Part shown: piece after piece, positions 28,298-36,998 of the stretch
Layout: every line of letters starts with the position of its first letter
Numbering within the stretch: position 1 is the stretch's first letter
DNA from: a virus
Lineage: Duplodnaviria; Heunggongvirae; Uroviricota; Caudoviricetes
DNA length: 64,000 bases
Virus record (IMG/VR): IMGVR_UViG_3300027896_000022
Coordinates: 17,954 to 81,953 of that record
Strand: one strand, 5' to 3'
Translations under genes and position numbers: made by a program
Notes under the pieces: generated by a model
Seen by the model: only the letters and a program-made list of their open reading frames with translations
What the model was told of the DNA's origin: nothing
Databases searched by the model: none

Positions 28298-29028
28298 GCA
28301 TTCCTAAAAATATTATGACAGTGTGGCTGACTTTTGATAATGGGCCTTTGCCGCCGCTGATTAAAAGATGCATTGAAAGCCAGAAGCTTCCGGGTTATAC
28401 ACAGAAAGTGATTACCTTGGAGAATTGCTATAAAGGTTCAAAGTATGTTAATAAGGCCTTAGAGAAAGCCAAGGCTTTACATGATGCCGGGAAGCCCATT
28501 ACAGGGCCTTGGGATAATCCTTTGACCTGGATAGTCAAGGCTTCTGATTGGCTTCGCTGTTATCATATCTGCGAGGAAGGCGGGATTTACCTTGATGCGG
28601 ATATGGAAGTTATTCCAGGGAAGAACTTTGATGATTTGCTGGATTGCCGGTTCTTTACGGAAATAGAAGCTTTCGGTATGCCGGCTAATTCTGCCTTTGG
28701 ATCGGAAGCGGGCCATCCTTTTTTAAAAGAATATCTTCCTAGAATTGAAGAGAATTTTTGTGGGGACGGGATAATGGTATTTGAACCGGGGGCCAGAGCG
28801 TTTGCCGATTTGATGTGGATTTATGACAAGGCCAAAAATGGGATAAAGATTTTTGATACTTCCATGTTTTTTCCTTATACTCATGGCAAAGAAATAATTA
28901 AAGTCACGCCGCAGACCAAGGTTTATCATCATTATGTCAATTCCTGGTGTGATGACCGGTGCAAGAAAAAGCTGGGGACAGAGTATGAAACCAAGGATTT
29001 TACGGAAATATTTAAAGGTAAAATATGA
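28294..29028 (+). CDS. Glycosyltransferase with a DXD sugar-binding region (GT32/Och1-like)
   Basis: Contains GGIYLDADMEVI. It has a 4-nt overlap with the upstream gene. Confidence 0.5.
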   Translation: MSIPKNIMTVWLTFDNGPLPPLIKRCIESQKLPGYTQKVITLENCYKGSKYVNKALEKAKALHDAGKPITGPWDNPLTWIVKASDWLRCYHICEEGGIYLDADMEVIPGKNFDDLLDCRFFTEIEAFGMPANSAFGSEAGHPFLKEYLPRIEENFCGDGIMVFEPGARAFADLMWIYDKAKNGIKIFDTSMFFPYTHGKEIIKVTPQTKVYHHYVNSWCDDRCKKKLGTEYETKDFTEIFKGKI

Positions 29029-29187
29029 TTAAATATTGTTTCTTAACAACTATCATCGTTGAGGTGGGCGTAAAAAATGCCTATGCGGGATAGAATTAAT
29101 CAATCTATTCTTAAGATTACATCGGTCGAGAGTCCGTCTGTGCCGAGGTTGATAACCATAAAGGCGAGCAGTGAAACATGATGGTAG

Positions 29188-29652
29188 TTGTTAGGAAATA
29201 ATTTAATTTATATGGAATATCCTGTTTTATTAAGAAAAGATAGTTTGCGTTGTAAATTGCTTGATGAGGATATTTTATATTTGAGAAAATTAAAAAAAAT
29301 AGGTTATTCTAATCAAAAAATAGCTAATATAATGAGATTATCCACTTTTACTGTTTGGTATTGGACAACTACTGGGAAAAATCGAGAATTATACTCAAAG
29401 AAAAAATACCAAAAAAATAAACCTTTTATAGATAAGGCATATCACCGACAAAAAGTTTATGAAAGCATTAAAAGAAAAAAGAAAATTCAAGGTAAAGAAT
29501 TTAAAAAATGGTTTAATGAAAGATTTGTTTTTCCTTTTTTAAAAAAGCCTGAATACATTAAAAAGAAAAAAGAATATTGGAATAAGAATAAAAAAAGACT
29601 TAACGAACAAAGAAGAAAAAAATATTGGAAAAATAAGAAAAAAATAATTTAA
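29188..29652 (+). CDS. Very basic Lys-rich protein with an N-terminal HTH-like segment
   Basis: Contains YSNQKIANIMRLSTFTVWYW, followed by KKKY/KNKKK-rich low complexity. Confidence 0.35.
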   Translation: MLGNNLIYMEYPVLLRKDSLRCKLLDEDILYLRKLKKIGYSNQKIANIMRLSTFTVWYWTTTGKNRELYSKKKYQKNKPFIDKAYHRQKVYESIKRKKKIQGKEFKKWFNERFVFPFLKKPEYIKKKKEYWNKNKKRLNEQRRKKYWKNKKKII

Positions 29653-29818
29653 TTTAAAATAAACTATGAAAAAAATTAAAAAGATTTATGCTATTTGCAA
29701 TGAATGTTCTAAACAATTATATCCTTCAGAGTGTTTTAAAAAAGGTAGAAATTCCTATTAACTGCCTTGAGTGCGGTCATTGGTTTTTTAAAGGAGTGGA
29801 TATAACTGAATAACTTAT

Positions 29819-30007
29819 ATGAAAATGATTAAAAATATAAATAAAAAAGTTAATTTTGATATTCATCCTGATGGAGATATTTTTGTTTGGAATAAAAAAA
29901 CAAAAAAATTTGAGTATATTGGCTTTATAGTAGATGAAGAAATTTGTTGTGTTAGCCCGGCTTTAAATCCAGTTGCCGACAGATTTTATAAAGCCTTAAA
30001 AAAATAA
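29819..30007 (+). CDS. Small hypothetical protein
   Basis: 62-aa ORF. Confidence 0.3.
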   Translation: MKMIKNINKKVNFDIHPDGDIFVWNKKTKKFEYIGFIVDEEICCVSPALNPVADRFYKALKK

Positions 30008-30014
30008 TTTCTAT

Positions 30015-30236
30015 ATGCAAGACAAAATAAAGGATATTCCTATGGGAATAAGTCAATGGAAAGAATATGGAAAGAAATATCAATATTGGGATTATTTTTT
30101 AGAAGAAATTGAAGAAGAAATATTATATTGGATTAATGATTGGAAAGCAGAAGGTCAGCCATATGGATTAATAGGATTAAAAAGAAAGATAAAAAAGATT
30201 TTTAAAAAACATCTATTATGGAAAATGAAGAAATAA
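30015..30236 (+). CDS. Small hypothetical protein
   Basis: 73-aa ORF. Confidence 0.3.
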   Translation: MQDKIKDIPMGISQWKEYGKKYQYWDYFLEEIEEEILYWINDWKAEGQPYGLIGLKRKIKKIFKKHLLWKMKK

Positions 30237-30384
30237 AAAAATGGTTAAAAAGGGAAATTGAAATTTGCGAAGAAGAAAGACAAAGTGCTATTAAAAGTGC
30301 TGAATCTGCAATAAATGTTAGAGATTATTACAGTAGAAGAGGAGAATTTCTTAATAAAATTTTAAATTTAATAGAATAATTTAT

Positions 30385-31566
30385 ATGGAAAATAATATGG
30401 AAAACGATCATTATGAAGGAAATAACATTCAGGGCTGGATGCAGCCGGTTGAGTTGGAGTTTCTCTATCAGGAGGCTAAGAAGGCCAATTCTGTCTTGGA
30501 AATCGGTTCCTGGAAGGGCAGAAGCACCCATGCGATACTTTCAGGGTGCAAAGGAATGGTCACCGCTGTGGACCATTTTAAGGGTTCAGCGCAATTAGGC
30601 GATGCCACGAATCAAATGGGCAAAGTGGAAGATGTTTATAAGCAGTTCATGGAAAATGTCGGGCATTTCAGCAATCTGAGGGTTATTAAGGCTACTTCAA
30701 GGGAAGCCAGAGTCCTTTTGAAAGATGAAAAGTTCGACATGATCTTCATTGATGGCGAACATAGTTATGAAGCGGTAAAGGAAGACATTGGCTTATGGCA
30801 GGGCAGGGCTAAAAAGATCCTTTGTGGCCATGATTATTGCCCCCCTTGGCCGCCAGTAATGCAGGCTGTTGATGAATCTATCGCCAAAGACGGGGTGGCT
30901 GGAAGTATTTGGTATAAATATGTCCAAGATGATTCTACAATTGAGCAATTTATTGATTTTATTAAAGAAAAAGAGAATTTTAGCTTTATTAAACGCGGGG
31001 ATGGAGAGGAATTCTGCATGTCCGGGATGGTAGGGCAGAATTGTGATGGACATAATTATAGCCCAATATTAGGGAAAGAATTGAAAAGAGCCTATGAATA
31101 CTTTGAATCCAGAGAGGATTGCTTTGTTCCTTTATTTCAAGATCAGAATTATTTTAATGCTCTTTTGCATCGAGTCGGCAAGAATAATGCCAAAGTGAAG
31201 GAATTTTATCAGGCGATTCGGGAAGACGGGCGTAAAAAGTTCTTTGTTGGCCCAGAAAGGCTGAAAATAGTGGCTAAGATATTAAAGGCTAAGCATATAA
31301 TTATTCCGGAAAAGAATGCTTTTGAGGAATATGGCGAGATTTCTGCCAAATTGAAGAAAGAAATTGGCAAAGACAAGGATGTCATAGTTTTGTTCAGCGC
31401 TGGAATGCCGGCCAAGGTTTTAATTGCGGAATGCCTAGAGAAAGACAATGGTATTACTTGCCTGGATTTGGGTTCTGCCTTTGATTCCTTGATCAAAGAA
31501 TCAAGAACTAATCAGATGCCAAGGGCCCAGATACTGGAATTGTATGCCGATTGGATTATGGAATAA
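30385..31566 (+). CDS. TylF/CmcI-family SAM-dependent methyltransferase. It is a paralog of the central domain of the 988-aa protein and has an unknown C-terminal domain.
   Basis: LEIGSWKGRSTHAILSGCKG...IFIDGEHSYEAV...CGHDY is nearly colinear with residues of ORF 24727-27693. Confidence 0.55.
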   Translation: MENNMENDHYEGNNIQGWMQPVELEFLYQEAKKANSVLEIGSWKGRSTHAILSGCKGMVTAVDHFKGSAQLGDATNQMGKVEDVYKQFMENVGHFSNLRVIKATSREARVLLKDEKFDMIFIDGEHSYEAVKEDIGLWQGRAKKILCGHDYCPPWPPVMQAVDESIAKDGVAGSIWYKYVQDDSTIEQFIDFIKEKENFSFIKRGDGEEFCMSGMVGQNCDGHNYSPILGKELKRAYEYFESREDCFVPLFQDQNYFNALLHRVGKNNAKVKEFYQAIREDGRKKFFVGPERLKIVAKILKAKHIIIPEKNAFEEYGEISAKLKKEIGKDKDVIVLFSAGMPAKVLIAECLEKDNGITCLDLGSAFDSLIKESRTNQMPRAQILELYADWIME

Positions 31567-31606
31567 TCAGGGAAGTTTAATATATTAATTAATATGAAAA
31601 AATACT

Positions 31607-32407
31607 ATGAATGAAACAAATAAGAAAATAGCAAGCTTGATTGTTTGGGTGTTGGTGGCAATAGTTATTTTGATTCTTTTTTTCAGTTCGATTGCTATTG
31701 TCAATGCCGGTGAAAGGGGTGTCGTAATGAATTGGGGCGCTGTTTCGCAGGATGTGAAAGGCGAAGGATTCCATTGGCTTATTCCCATTAAGCAGACGAT
31801 GAAAATTGTGGATGTGAAGAATATCAAGATTGAAACTAAAACCCAGTCTTATTCCAAAGACATCCAGACGGTTGATGTTTCGCTGGCTTTAAATTACAAC
31901 GTCAAGCCGGGTTTGGCCGCCAAGATTTATCAGGAAGTGGGGACCAGCTATCAGGCGACCATTATCGATCCGGCCATCCAGGAAAGCGTCAAAGCGGCGG
32001 TAGCTCTATTTACGGCCCAGGAATTAATTGAACAGCGTCCAAAAGTCAAGGATGCCATTACTTTGGAATTAACTAACAGGCTCTCCAATTACTTTGTGGT
32101 CAGCCAGTTTTCCATTACGGATTTCTCTTTTTCTAATGAATATGAAAAGGCCGTGGAAGCCAAGCAGGTAGCCCAGCAAAAGGCCTTGGAGCAGGAGAAT
32201 ATCACTAAGCAGGTGGAAGAGCAGGCCAAGCAGACAGTGGCTTCGGCGACCGCCCAGGCTAAAGCCATCCAAATACAGGCAGAAGCAGTCACCCAGCAAG
32301 GCGGGGCTGATTATGTAAAACTTCAAGCGATTCAAAAATGGTCAGGTATTCTGCCAACTACGATGGTTCCTGGAGGTGCTTTACCATTTATAAATTTAAC
32401 CTATTAA
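31607..32407 (+). CDS. SPFH/Band-7 (prohibitin/HflC-like) membrane protein
   Basis: N-terminal TM helix, then MNWGAVSQDVKGEGFHWLIPI...VDVKNIKIET and a Gln/Ala-rich coiled coil. Confidence 0.6.
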   Translation: MNETNKKIASLIVWVLVAIVILILFFSSIAIVNAGERGVVMNWGAVSQDVKGEGFHWLIPIKQTMKIVDVKNIKIETKTQSYSKDIQTVDVSLALNYNVKPGLAAKIYQEVGTSYQATIIDPAIQESVKAAVALFTAQELIEQRPKVKDAITLELTNRLSNYFVVSQFSITDFSFSNEYEKAVEAKQVAQQKALEQENITKQVEEQAKQTVASATAQAKAIQIQAEAVTQQGGADYVKLQAIQKWSGILPTTMVPGGALPFINLTY

Positions 32408-32408
32408 A

Positions 32409-32870
32409 ATGAGTATCCCTTGGTTAAAAAAATATAATTTTAAGAAAGGTAAAAATCATCGTGGATGGAAAGGTGGAAGGATAAAAAATCATAATGGTTA
32501 TATTTGGGTTTATCTTCCATCTCATCCTTTAGCAAGGAAAAGGTCAAGAAAAGGATATGTCTTAGAACACAGATTGGTAATGTGCAAAAAACTTGGTAGA
32601 ATTATTAAAAGCAAAGAGATTGTTCATCATTTAAATGGTGTAAGAGATGACAATCGCCCAGAAAACCTTGTTTTAACATCTACTTCTAAACATATTGCTG
32701 GACATAATGCAAAAAGAGTTTGGAAAAAAGAAAGTAAATTAAAGCAAACTATAAAAGCGTCTTTATTTGAAAGAGATGCTAATGGCAGATTTCTTAAATA
32801 TCCAAATGGCGTTTTGCCCTCTACAATGGTTCCGGGAAGCTCAGTGCCGTTTCTTGATTTGAAGTATTAA
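32409..32870 (+). CDS. HNH endonuclease. Its last ~19 codons duplicate the C-terminus of the prohibitin gene.
   Basis: HNH motif VHHLNGVRDDNRPENL...HIAGH. The C-terminus VLPSTMVPGSSVPFLDLKY matches the prohibitin tail ILPTTMVPGGALPFINLTY. Confidence 0.65.
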   Translation: MSIPWLKKYNFKKGKNHRGWKGGRIKNHNGYIWVYLPSHPLARKRSRKGYVLEHRLVMCKKLGRIIKSKEIVHHLNGVRDDNRPENLVLTSTSKHIAGHNAKRVWKKESKLKQTIKASLFERDANGRFLKYPNGVLPSTMVPGSSVPFLDLKY

Positions 32871-32967
32871 CAAAAAAATAAACTGGTGCCAGTTGTCAGG
32901 CGCGGGGATTCTTAGTCGCTTCTTCTGCGTTAAAGGATTGGGTAAATGGCCGTAGGACCAGCCGGTG

Positions 32968-33055
32968 GGGCAGATAGCCTCGTAGAGAGCGAGAGCAGAC
33001 TGTAAATCTGTCATCCATTAGGGTCTTGTTGGTGCGACTCCAGCTCTGCCCACCA
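32968..33055 (+). tRNA. Class-II (long variable arm) tRNA with encoded CCA and anticodon GTA (Tyr), folded by hand
   Basis: Acceptor gggcaga/tctgccc is 7 bp perfect, and ACCA is encoded. The anticodon arm is gcaga-ctGTAaa-tctgt with U33 and A37. The T-arm is gttgg-tgcgact-ccagc. The D-arm is irregular. Confidence 0.45.
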
Positions 33056-33066
33056 CGTTTAAATCT

Positions 33067-33294
33067 ATGCCACACAATTGCTGTGCCATTTGCAAAAGGC
33101 CTTTGTTAGGGCTTTCGGTCAGCGTCGGCCGGGATCAATTTCATCCTGACTGCTTTTATAAAACCCCTAAAGGCCAAGAAGTGGAAAAAGGCTTTCAAGA
33201 GTTTAAAAAGAATTATAATAATAAAAAATATGAAGAAAAGATTGATAATTTGCTATCACGGAACAAGCCAGGAATGCGCCAGGGAAATTCTTAA
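33067..33294 (+). CDS. Small Cys-containing hypothetical protein. It overlaps the next ORF.
   Basis: 75-aa ORF with CCAIC...DC. Confidence 0.25.
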   Translation: MPHNCCAICKRPLLGLSVSVGRDQFHPDCFYKTPKGQEVEKGFQEFKKNYNNKKYEEKIDNLLSRNKPGMRQGNS

Positions 33295-33541
33295 GAAGGG
33301 TTTTAAGAAATACACTTATTTCGCCAAGCACTTAGAGGATGCCCTGGAATTCGGCGGCAATTTTGTTTTTGAAGCCGCATTCAAAGAAAGTGAAGTCGCC
33401 CCTCTTGGCTGGCAATTTAAAATTGAGACAAAAAAGTCTCAAAAGGAAATCGTGAGATTGAGGAAATACCCTGATTATATAGGGATTTTTGAGAACAAGA
33501 AATTGGGGAAAAGGGTGTTTGAAAGCAATCTTCCCAAGTGA
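33230..33541 (+). CDS. Hypothetical protein
   Basis: 103-aa ORF. It starts in an A-rich context. Confidence 0.35.
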   Translation: MKKRLIICYHGTSQECAREILKKGFKKYTYFAKHLEDALEFGGNFVFEAAFKESEVAPLGWQFKIETKKSQKEIVRLRKYPDYIGIFENKKLGKRVFESNLPK

Positions 33542-33568
33542 TAAATCTCTCTGTTTATATTTTTGTTT

Positions 33569-33580
33569 TTGTGCTATAAT
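33569..33580 (+). promoter_or_regulatory. Extended -10 promoter element TGcTATAAT
   Basis: The tttgtgctataat sequence is shared with 52569-52577. Confidence 0.4.
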
Positions 33581-34019
33581 TATGCACAGGCGATTTAAAT
33601 GGTATTTTCATCTCTAGCTTAGAAAGAGAAAGGCGGCAATATTTTAATTTGAAGGCTTTTTCTCTCTCGCCAGCATGAAAGGGGATAAAAATCTTATCTT
33701 GCCCAAAGTTGCCGGGAAAATTAAAGGGGATTAATGAAAGCCGCTTTTTCTGGATGCTCTCTGGAAAATAAAGCTGAAGTCTTCTTCAATCGGCAACAAC
33801 GAAAGAGCGAAGAACCCTGCAAGCCCCTGGATATATTTATCCAATTTGCCGGAGAACAAAGGCGTGTTTCTTCCCACCAAGCTTGGCAGCTCTTTAGCTC
33901 TTTTGTTTTCGCCCTATGACCGATTTTGAAATGAAATTTGTAATTATAGTGTTTCTCACCCCAGCCCTGCTGGCGGTATTTTTTTGTTTAAACAGCAATT
34001 ATCAATGGATAGGCGGATT

Positions 34020-34260
34020 AATGTAGTGTAGGTAGCGTAGGGAAAAAAATGTAAAAAGTCATAGGAAGGAACAGGAAAGGAATAGGAAAGGAATAGGGGA
34101 AATAAAGGATATAGAATAGGAATGGTTAATAGGGAATTATATTAAAGGGGAATCCCCGGGCGGAAGCCCGCCGCGCCGCAGCGCGGAATAGTTTTGGATA
34201 TATTGGATATAGGGATTTTTGGAATTTGGGATTTTAAGAATTTATAGTTTTTTTTATTTT
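34020..34260. repeat. Iteron-like purine-rich direct repeats with ~11-nt periodicity (aataggaaagg twice plus degenerate copies). They are followed by two adjacent GC-only hairpins and GGATAT/TTTGGAATTT direct repeats, making this a candidate origin or packaging region.
   Basis: 34060-34140 reads ggaaggaacaggaaaggaataggaaaggaatagggg. 34150-34185 has ggcgg-aagc-ccgcc and ccgcgc-cgca-gcgcgg. 34195-34250 has ggatatattggatatagg and tttggaatttgggatttt. Confidence 0.4.
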
Positions 34261-34452
34261 TTGGAAGAATTTTCGCCAAAAGTGTGAAAAATGGCGGTAA
34301 AAGTGAAAAGTTGCGGATAAATATGTAAATGTTACAGTACTTTTCTATAAAAAAAACCTTAATATAACCCAATAAATCATTGATTAAAATGCATATTTGA
34401 CAAAATTTTAAATTTGACAATTCAAAAACATTCGTGTTCTTATGTTGCTGTT

Positions 34453-34492
34453 AAAAAAAAGCATAGTAGTATTGCTACCACTATGCTTTTTC
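34453..34492. terminator. Bidirectional intrinsic terminator between convergent gene blocks
   Basis: The A8 run, then gcatagt...actatgc hairpin, then T-run gives a symmetric terminator usable on both strands. Confidence 0.55.
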
Positions 34493-34503
34493 TTTGCATA
34501 ATT

Positions 34504-34950
34504 CTATGCTTCAATTTCAGTGACCTTCTGGCTGTAATAGGATTCAAGCAGATCTTTTGCTTTGACATCCAAATTCTCGGCAGTAACCTTCAGTTCTCCT
34601 GATTCAATCTTGGTGATTGTGGCATTCTCTTCGGCTATTCTTTTCTCAATGCCTACAATAACTTCCTTCACATTCTTGATGGATTCATTGCAATAAGCGA
34701 TGCTTTCATTTTCATTCTTTAACAGATCTTCATAGCTGGGATTCTTTTTGTCCAGTATAGATATGTTATAATTAGCTTGAGCGATCCTCTTGTTAAAAGA
34801 TCCTAACAGACCGTTCTCTTCGGTGATTCTGCCGTTTAAATGCATTACCTCTTGCAGGATGTTGCTGATCCAGCGGGCTCTCAAGAGCTCTCTGGCTAAG
34901 TCCCTGATGGCCATTACCAAGGTGGAATTGGCTTTCATTGTTTCGTTCAT
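34504..34950 (-). CDS. Hypothetical coiled-coil protein
   Basis: 148-aa ORF. Confidence 0.45.
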   Translation of the reverse strand: MNETMKANSTLVMAIRDLARELLRARWISNILQEVMHLNGRITEENGLLGSFNKRIAQANYNISILDKKNPSYEDLLKNENESIAYCNESIKNVKEVIVGIEKRIAEENATITKIESGELKVTAENLDVKAKDLLESYYSQKVTEIEA

Positions 34951-34984
34951 AGTTGTGTTTGTTGGCTAGATAATCCCTTTTAGC

Positions 34985-35278
34985 TTATTTAGCCTGCTTA
35001 TATATTTTAATTAAATCTTTCAGTTTTATCTTCCTTTTGAATTGATGTTTCTCTCGGAAAGCCAAGGCTTTGCCGACGATTATCGCCATTCCTTCTTCGC
35101 TCACATTCTTGGCGATGTTCTTCTTGGCGCTTCCTATCCTGCTGACCAGATCGACGGTGAATCTGTCTTTCTTGTTTTTTGTGCCAAGAATAGAGAAATG
35201 CGTGGTGGGGATGGGGATTAGAAGCTTGTTGTCTAATCCTTCTTGGATGATGATTTCTACGTTGGTTGGTACTTTCAT
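34985..35278 (-). CDS. Hypothetical basic protein
   Basis: 97-aa ORF. Confidence 0.4.
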   Translation of the reverse strand: MKVPTNVEIIIQEGLDNKLLIPIPTTHFSILGTKNKKDRFTVDLVSRIGSAKKNIAKNVSEEGMAIIVGKALAFREKHQFKRKIKLKDLIKIYKQAK

Positions 35279-35441
35279 AATTTTATTTCGTTATGCTTTT
35301 GACATAACTGTCAAGTGATGTCTTAATGCGATTATTTTTAATATTAGCCTCTAATTGAAGTTTGGCCCGCTGGGCGAAGTTCTTTGAGGCAGCATTTTTA
35401 TTTCATGGCATCTTTGACAGTTATGTCAAGTTTAGCGTTTG

Positions 35442-35864
35442 TTATTTGGCTAACTTTAGCATATGACCTTCCCAATGAAGTTTCTTGAACTCTTTTGGGA
35501 AAGTGGTGGCAAATAACTTGGTGCTCCAGGCACAGGCAGCAAGTTCGCTTATGCCGTAGAGATGATGGGCGTATTCGTGCAGGGTGGATAAGATGCTGGG
35601 ATGGTGGCAATCCAATAAGATTGTCCCAGTGTCGGGACTGTAACAGTATTGATAATTTTCTATCTTGCAGTTGGCCGGTTCACGGCTGGCAGTGTTGAGT
35701 CGCATGACTAAATTATAAAGTGCGTAAAGCTTATGCTTGACGTCGGTTTTTTTCCAGTTGTCTTTGTAATAGATCTTTTTCCATTCTGCTATTTCATTTA
35801 TTGTTTCCTGGCCGGCTTCAATCTTTTTGGCTTGAGCCAGGATTTCTTCCTTGGTTGGATACAT
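35442..35864 (-). CDS. Hypothetical protein with an HExxH motif
   Basis: Contains LHEYAHHL. Confidence 0.4.
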   Translation of the reverse strand: MYPTKEEILAQAKKIEAGQETINEIAEWKKIYYKDNWKKTDVKHKLYALYNLVMRLNTASREPANCKIENYQYCYSPDTGTILLDCHHPSILSTLHEYAHHLYGISELAACAWSTKLFATTFPKEFKKLHWEGHMLKLAK

Positions 35865-35868
35865 ATGA

Positions 35869-36960
35869 TTATACTATAGTTGGTTGATAATCTTTATCGA
35901 TGATGTCGTTGGCATGGATTGTCTTGGCTTCTTTCAAGGCATCCAGCAACGAGATCCTGATTGATTCCAGCGTCAGATCGATGTCCTTTTCGGAAATGGT
36001 TTCTATCTGATATTCGTTGTAGAGCATATCGAAGAAGCTATCCAGCGTTCCGAAGACCTCTTCGTTCTTGTCTTCTAGCGCCATTTCCAATTCGGTTGGC
36101 TCGTCTTCCGGACCTTCATTAATGACGTTCTTTTCATATCTCTTGCCATGCTGATTAGCTGGCTTCCATTTGTAATGGATATATTCGCCATATTTATCTT
36201 CCTTGTAATCATAATCCCATGCCGGGAAACAGGTTGCTTTAACTTCTTTCTTTTCCACTTCGGCAAATGGCATCTTTTCTTTCTTCAATTTCATTTCTTC
36301 ATCCAGCTTGCAGCTGTATAAAGTGTTGGCTTCTATTTCGCTTCCTTGCCCGGTTGAGGACAGGAACAGTTTGCCTCTGGTCTTGGCCATGTTCAGCGGA
36401 TTGGTGTTGCGGCCGAAGAACAGCTTGCTGATCTTCTCGGTTTCACGATTGATTTGCACGCAGATGAAAGCGGCAGAGCCTTCGATATTGACCTTGTCTG
36501 ATTGCTTCTCGATGAAGCGGGCCAGCTCGATGGTGAAGCATTCGCTGTCGTTGTATTTGCTTTTGTCGGTGTATTCGGTAGCGTAGGCGAATCCCAGTTT
36601 TTCATGGGCTTCTTTCAGCTTGTTATCGTTTTGAATGATGCCGTTGTGCACTACCAGATATTTATATTTTAAAGAACCGTTGTCTACTAAGATGGGATGA
36701 GTTTGAGCAAGTAGGTTGTCGGAACTGGTTGGCGTCCGATGATGGACAATCATTGCCCGGACTTTTTCCGAGTGTATGTCCCACATGAATTTGTAGCCTT
36801 CGGTTGCTCTCTCTACTTTGTATTCCATCTTGTCGTTTATTTTGATAATGCCAAAACCGTTTAGCCCTCTTTCTTTCTGATCTTCAAATTGATTGAGGAC
36901 GGCTTCGTTGACGGGATTGGCATTTTGGCCTGTATGAAAACAGCCTATGATTCCGCACAT
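35869..36960 (-). CDS. Class-II (Ntn) glutamine amidotransferase domain protein
   Basis: N-terminal MCGIIG with a Cys2 nucleophile, and VVHNGIIQN. The C-terminal ~180 aa are unknown. Confidence 0.55.
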   Translation of the reverse strand: MCGIIGCFHTGQNANPVNEAVLNQFEDQKERGLNGFGIIKINDKMEYKVERATEGYKFMWDIHSEKVRAMIVHHRTPTSSDNLLAQTHPILVDNGSLKYKYLVVHNGIIQNDNKLKEAHEKLGFAYATEYTDKSKYNDSECFTIELARFIEKQSDKVNIEGSAAFICVQINRETEKISKLFFGRNTNPLNMAKTRGKLFLSSTGQGSEIEANTLYSCKLDEEMKLKKEKMPFAEVEKKEVKATCFPAWDYDYKEDKYGEYIHYKWKPANQHGKRYEKNVINEGPEDEPTELEMALEDKNEEVFGTLDSFFDMLYNEYQIETISEKDIDLTLESIRISLLDALKEAKTIHANDIIDKDYQPTIV

Positions 36961-36998
36961 ATTTTATTGGTTAGCCGTCTATTGCTAATCGGCTTTAG

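Noticed and set aside
34142-34420. 92-aa minus ORF in the iteron and hairpin region
   Set aside because: It is low-complexity, it spans the GC hairpins and direct repeats, and no start context is evident. The region is better explained as non-coding.
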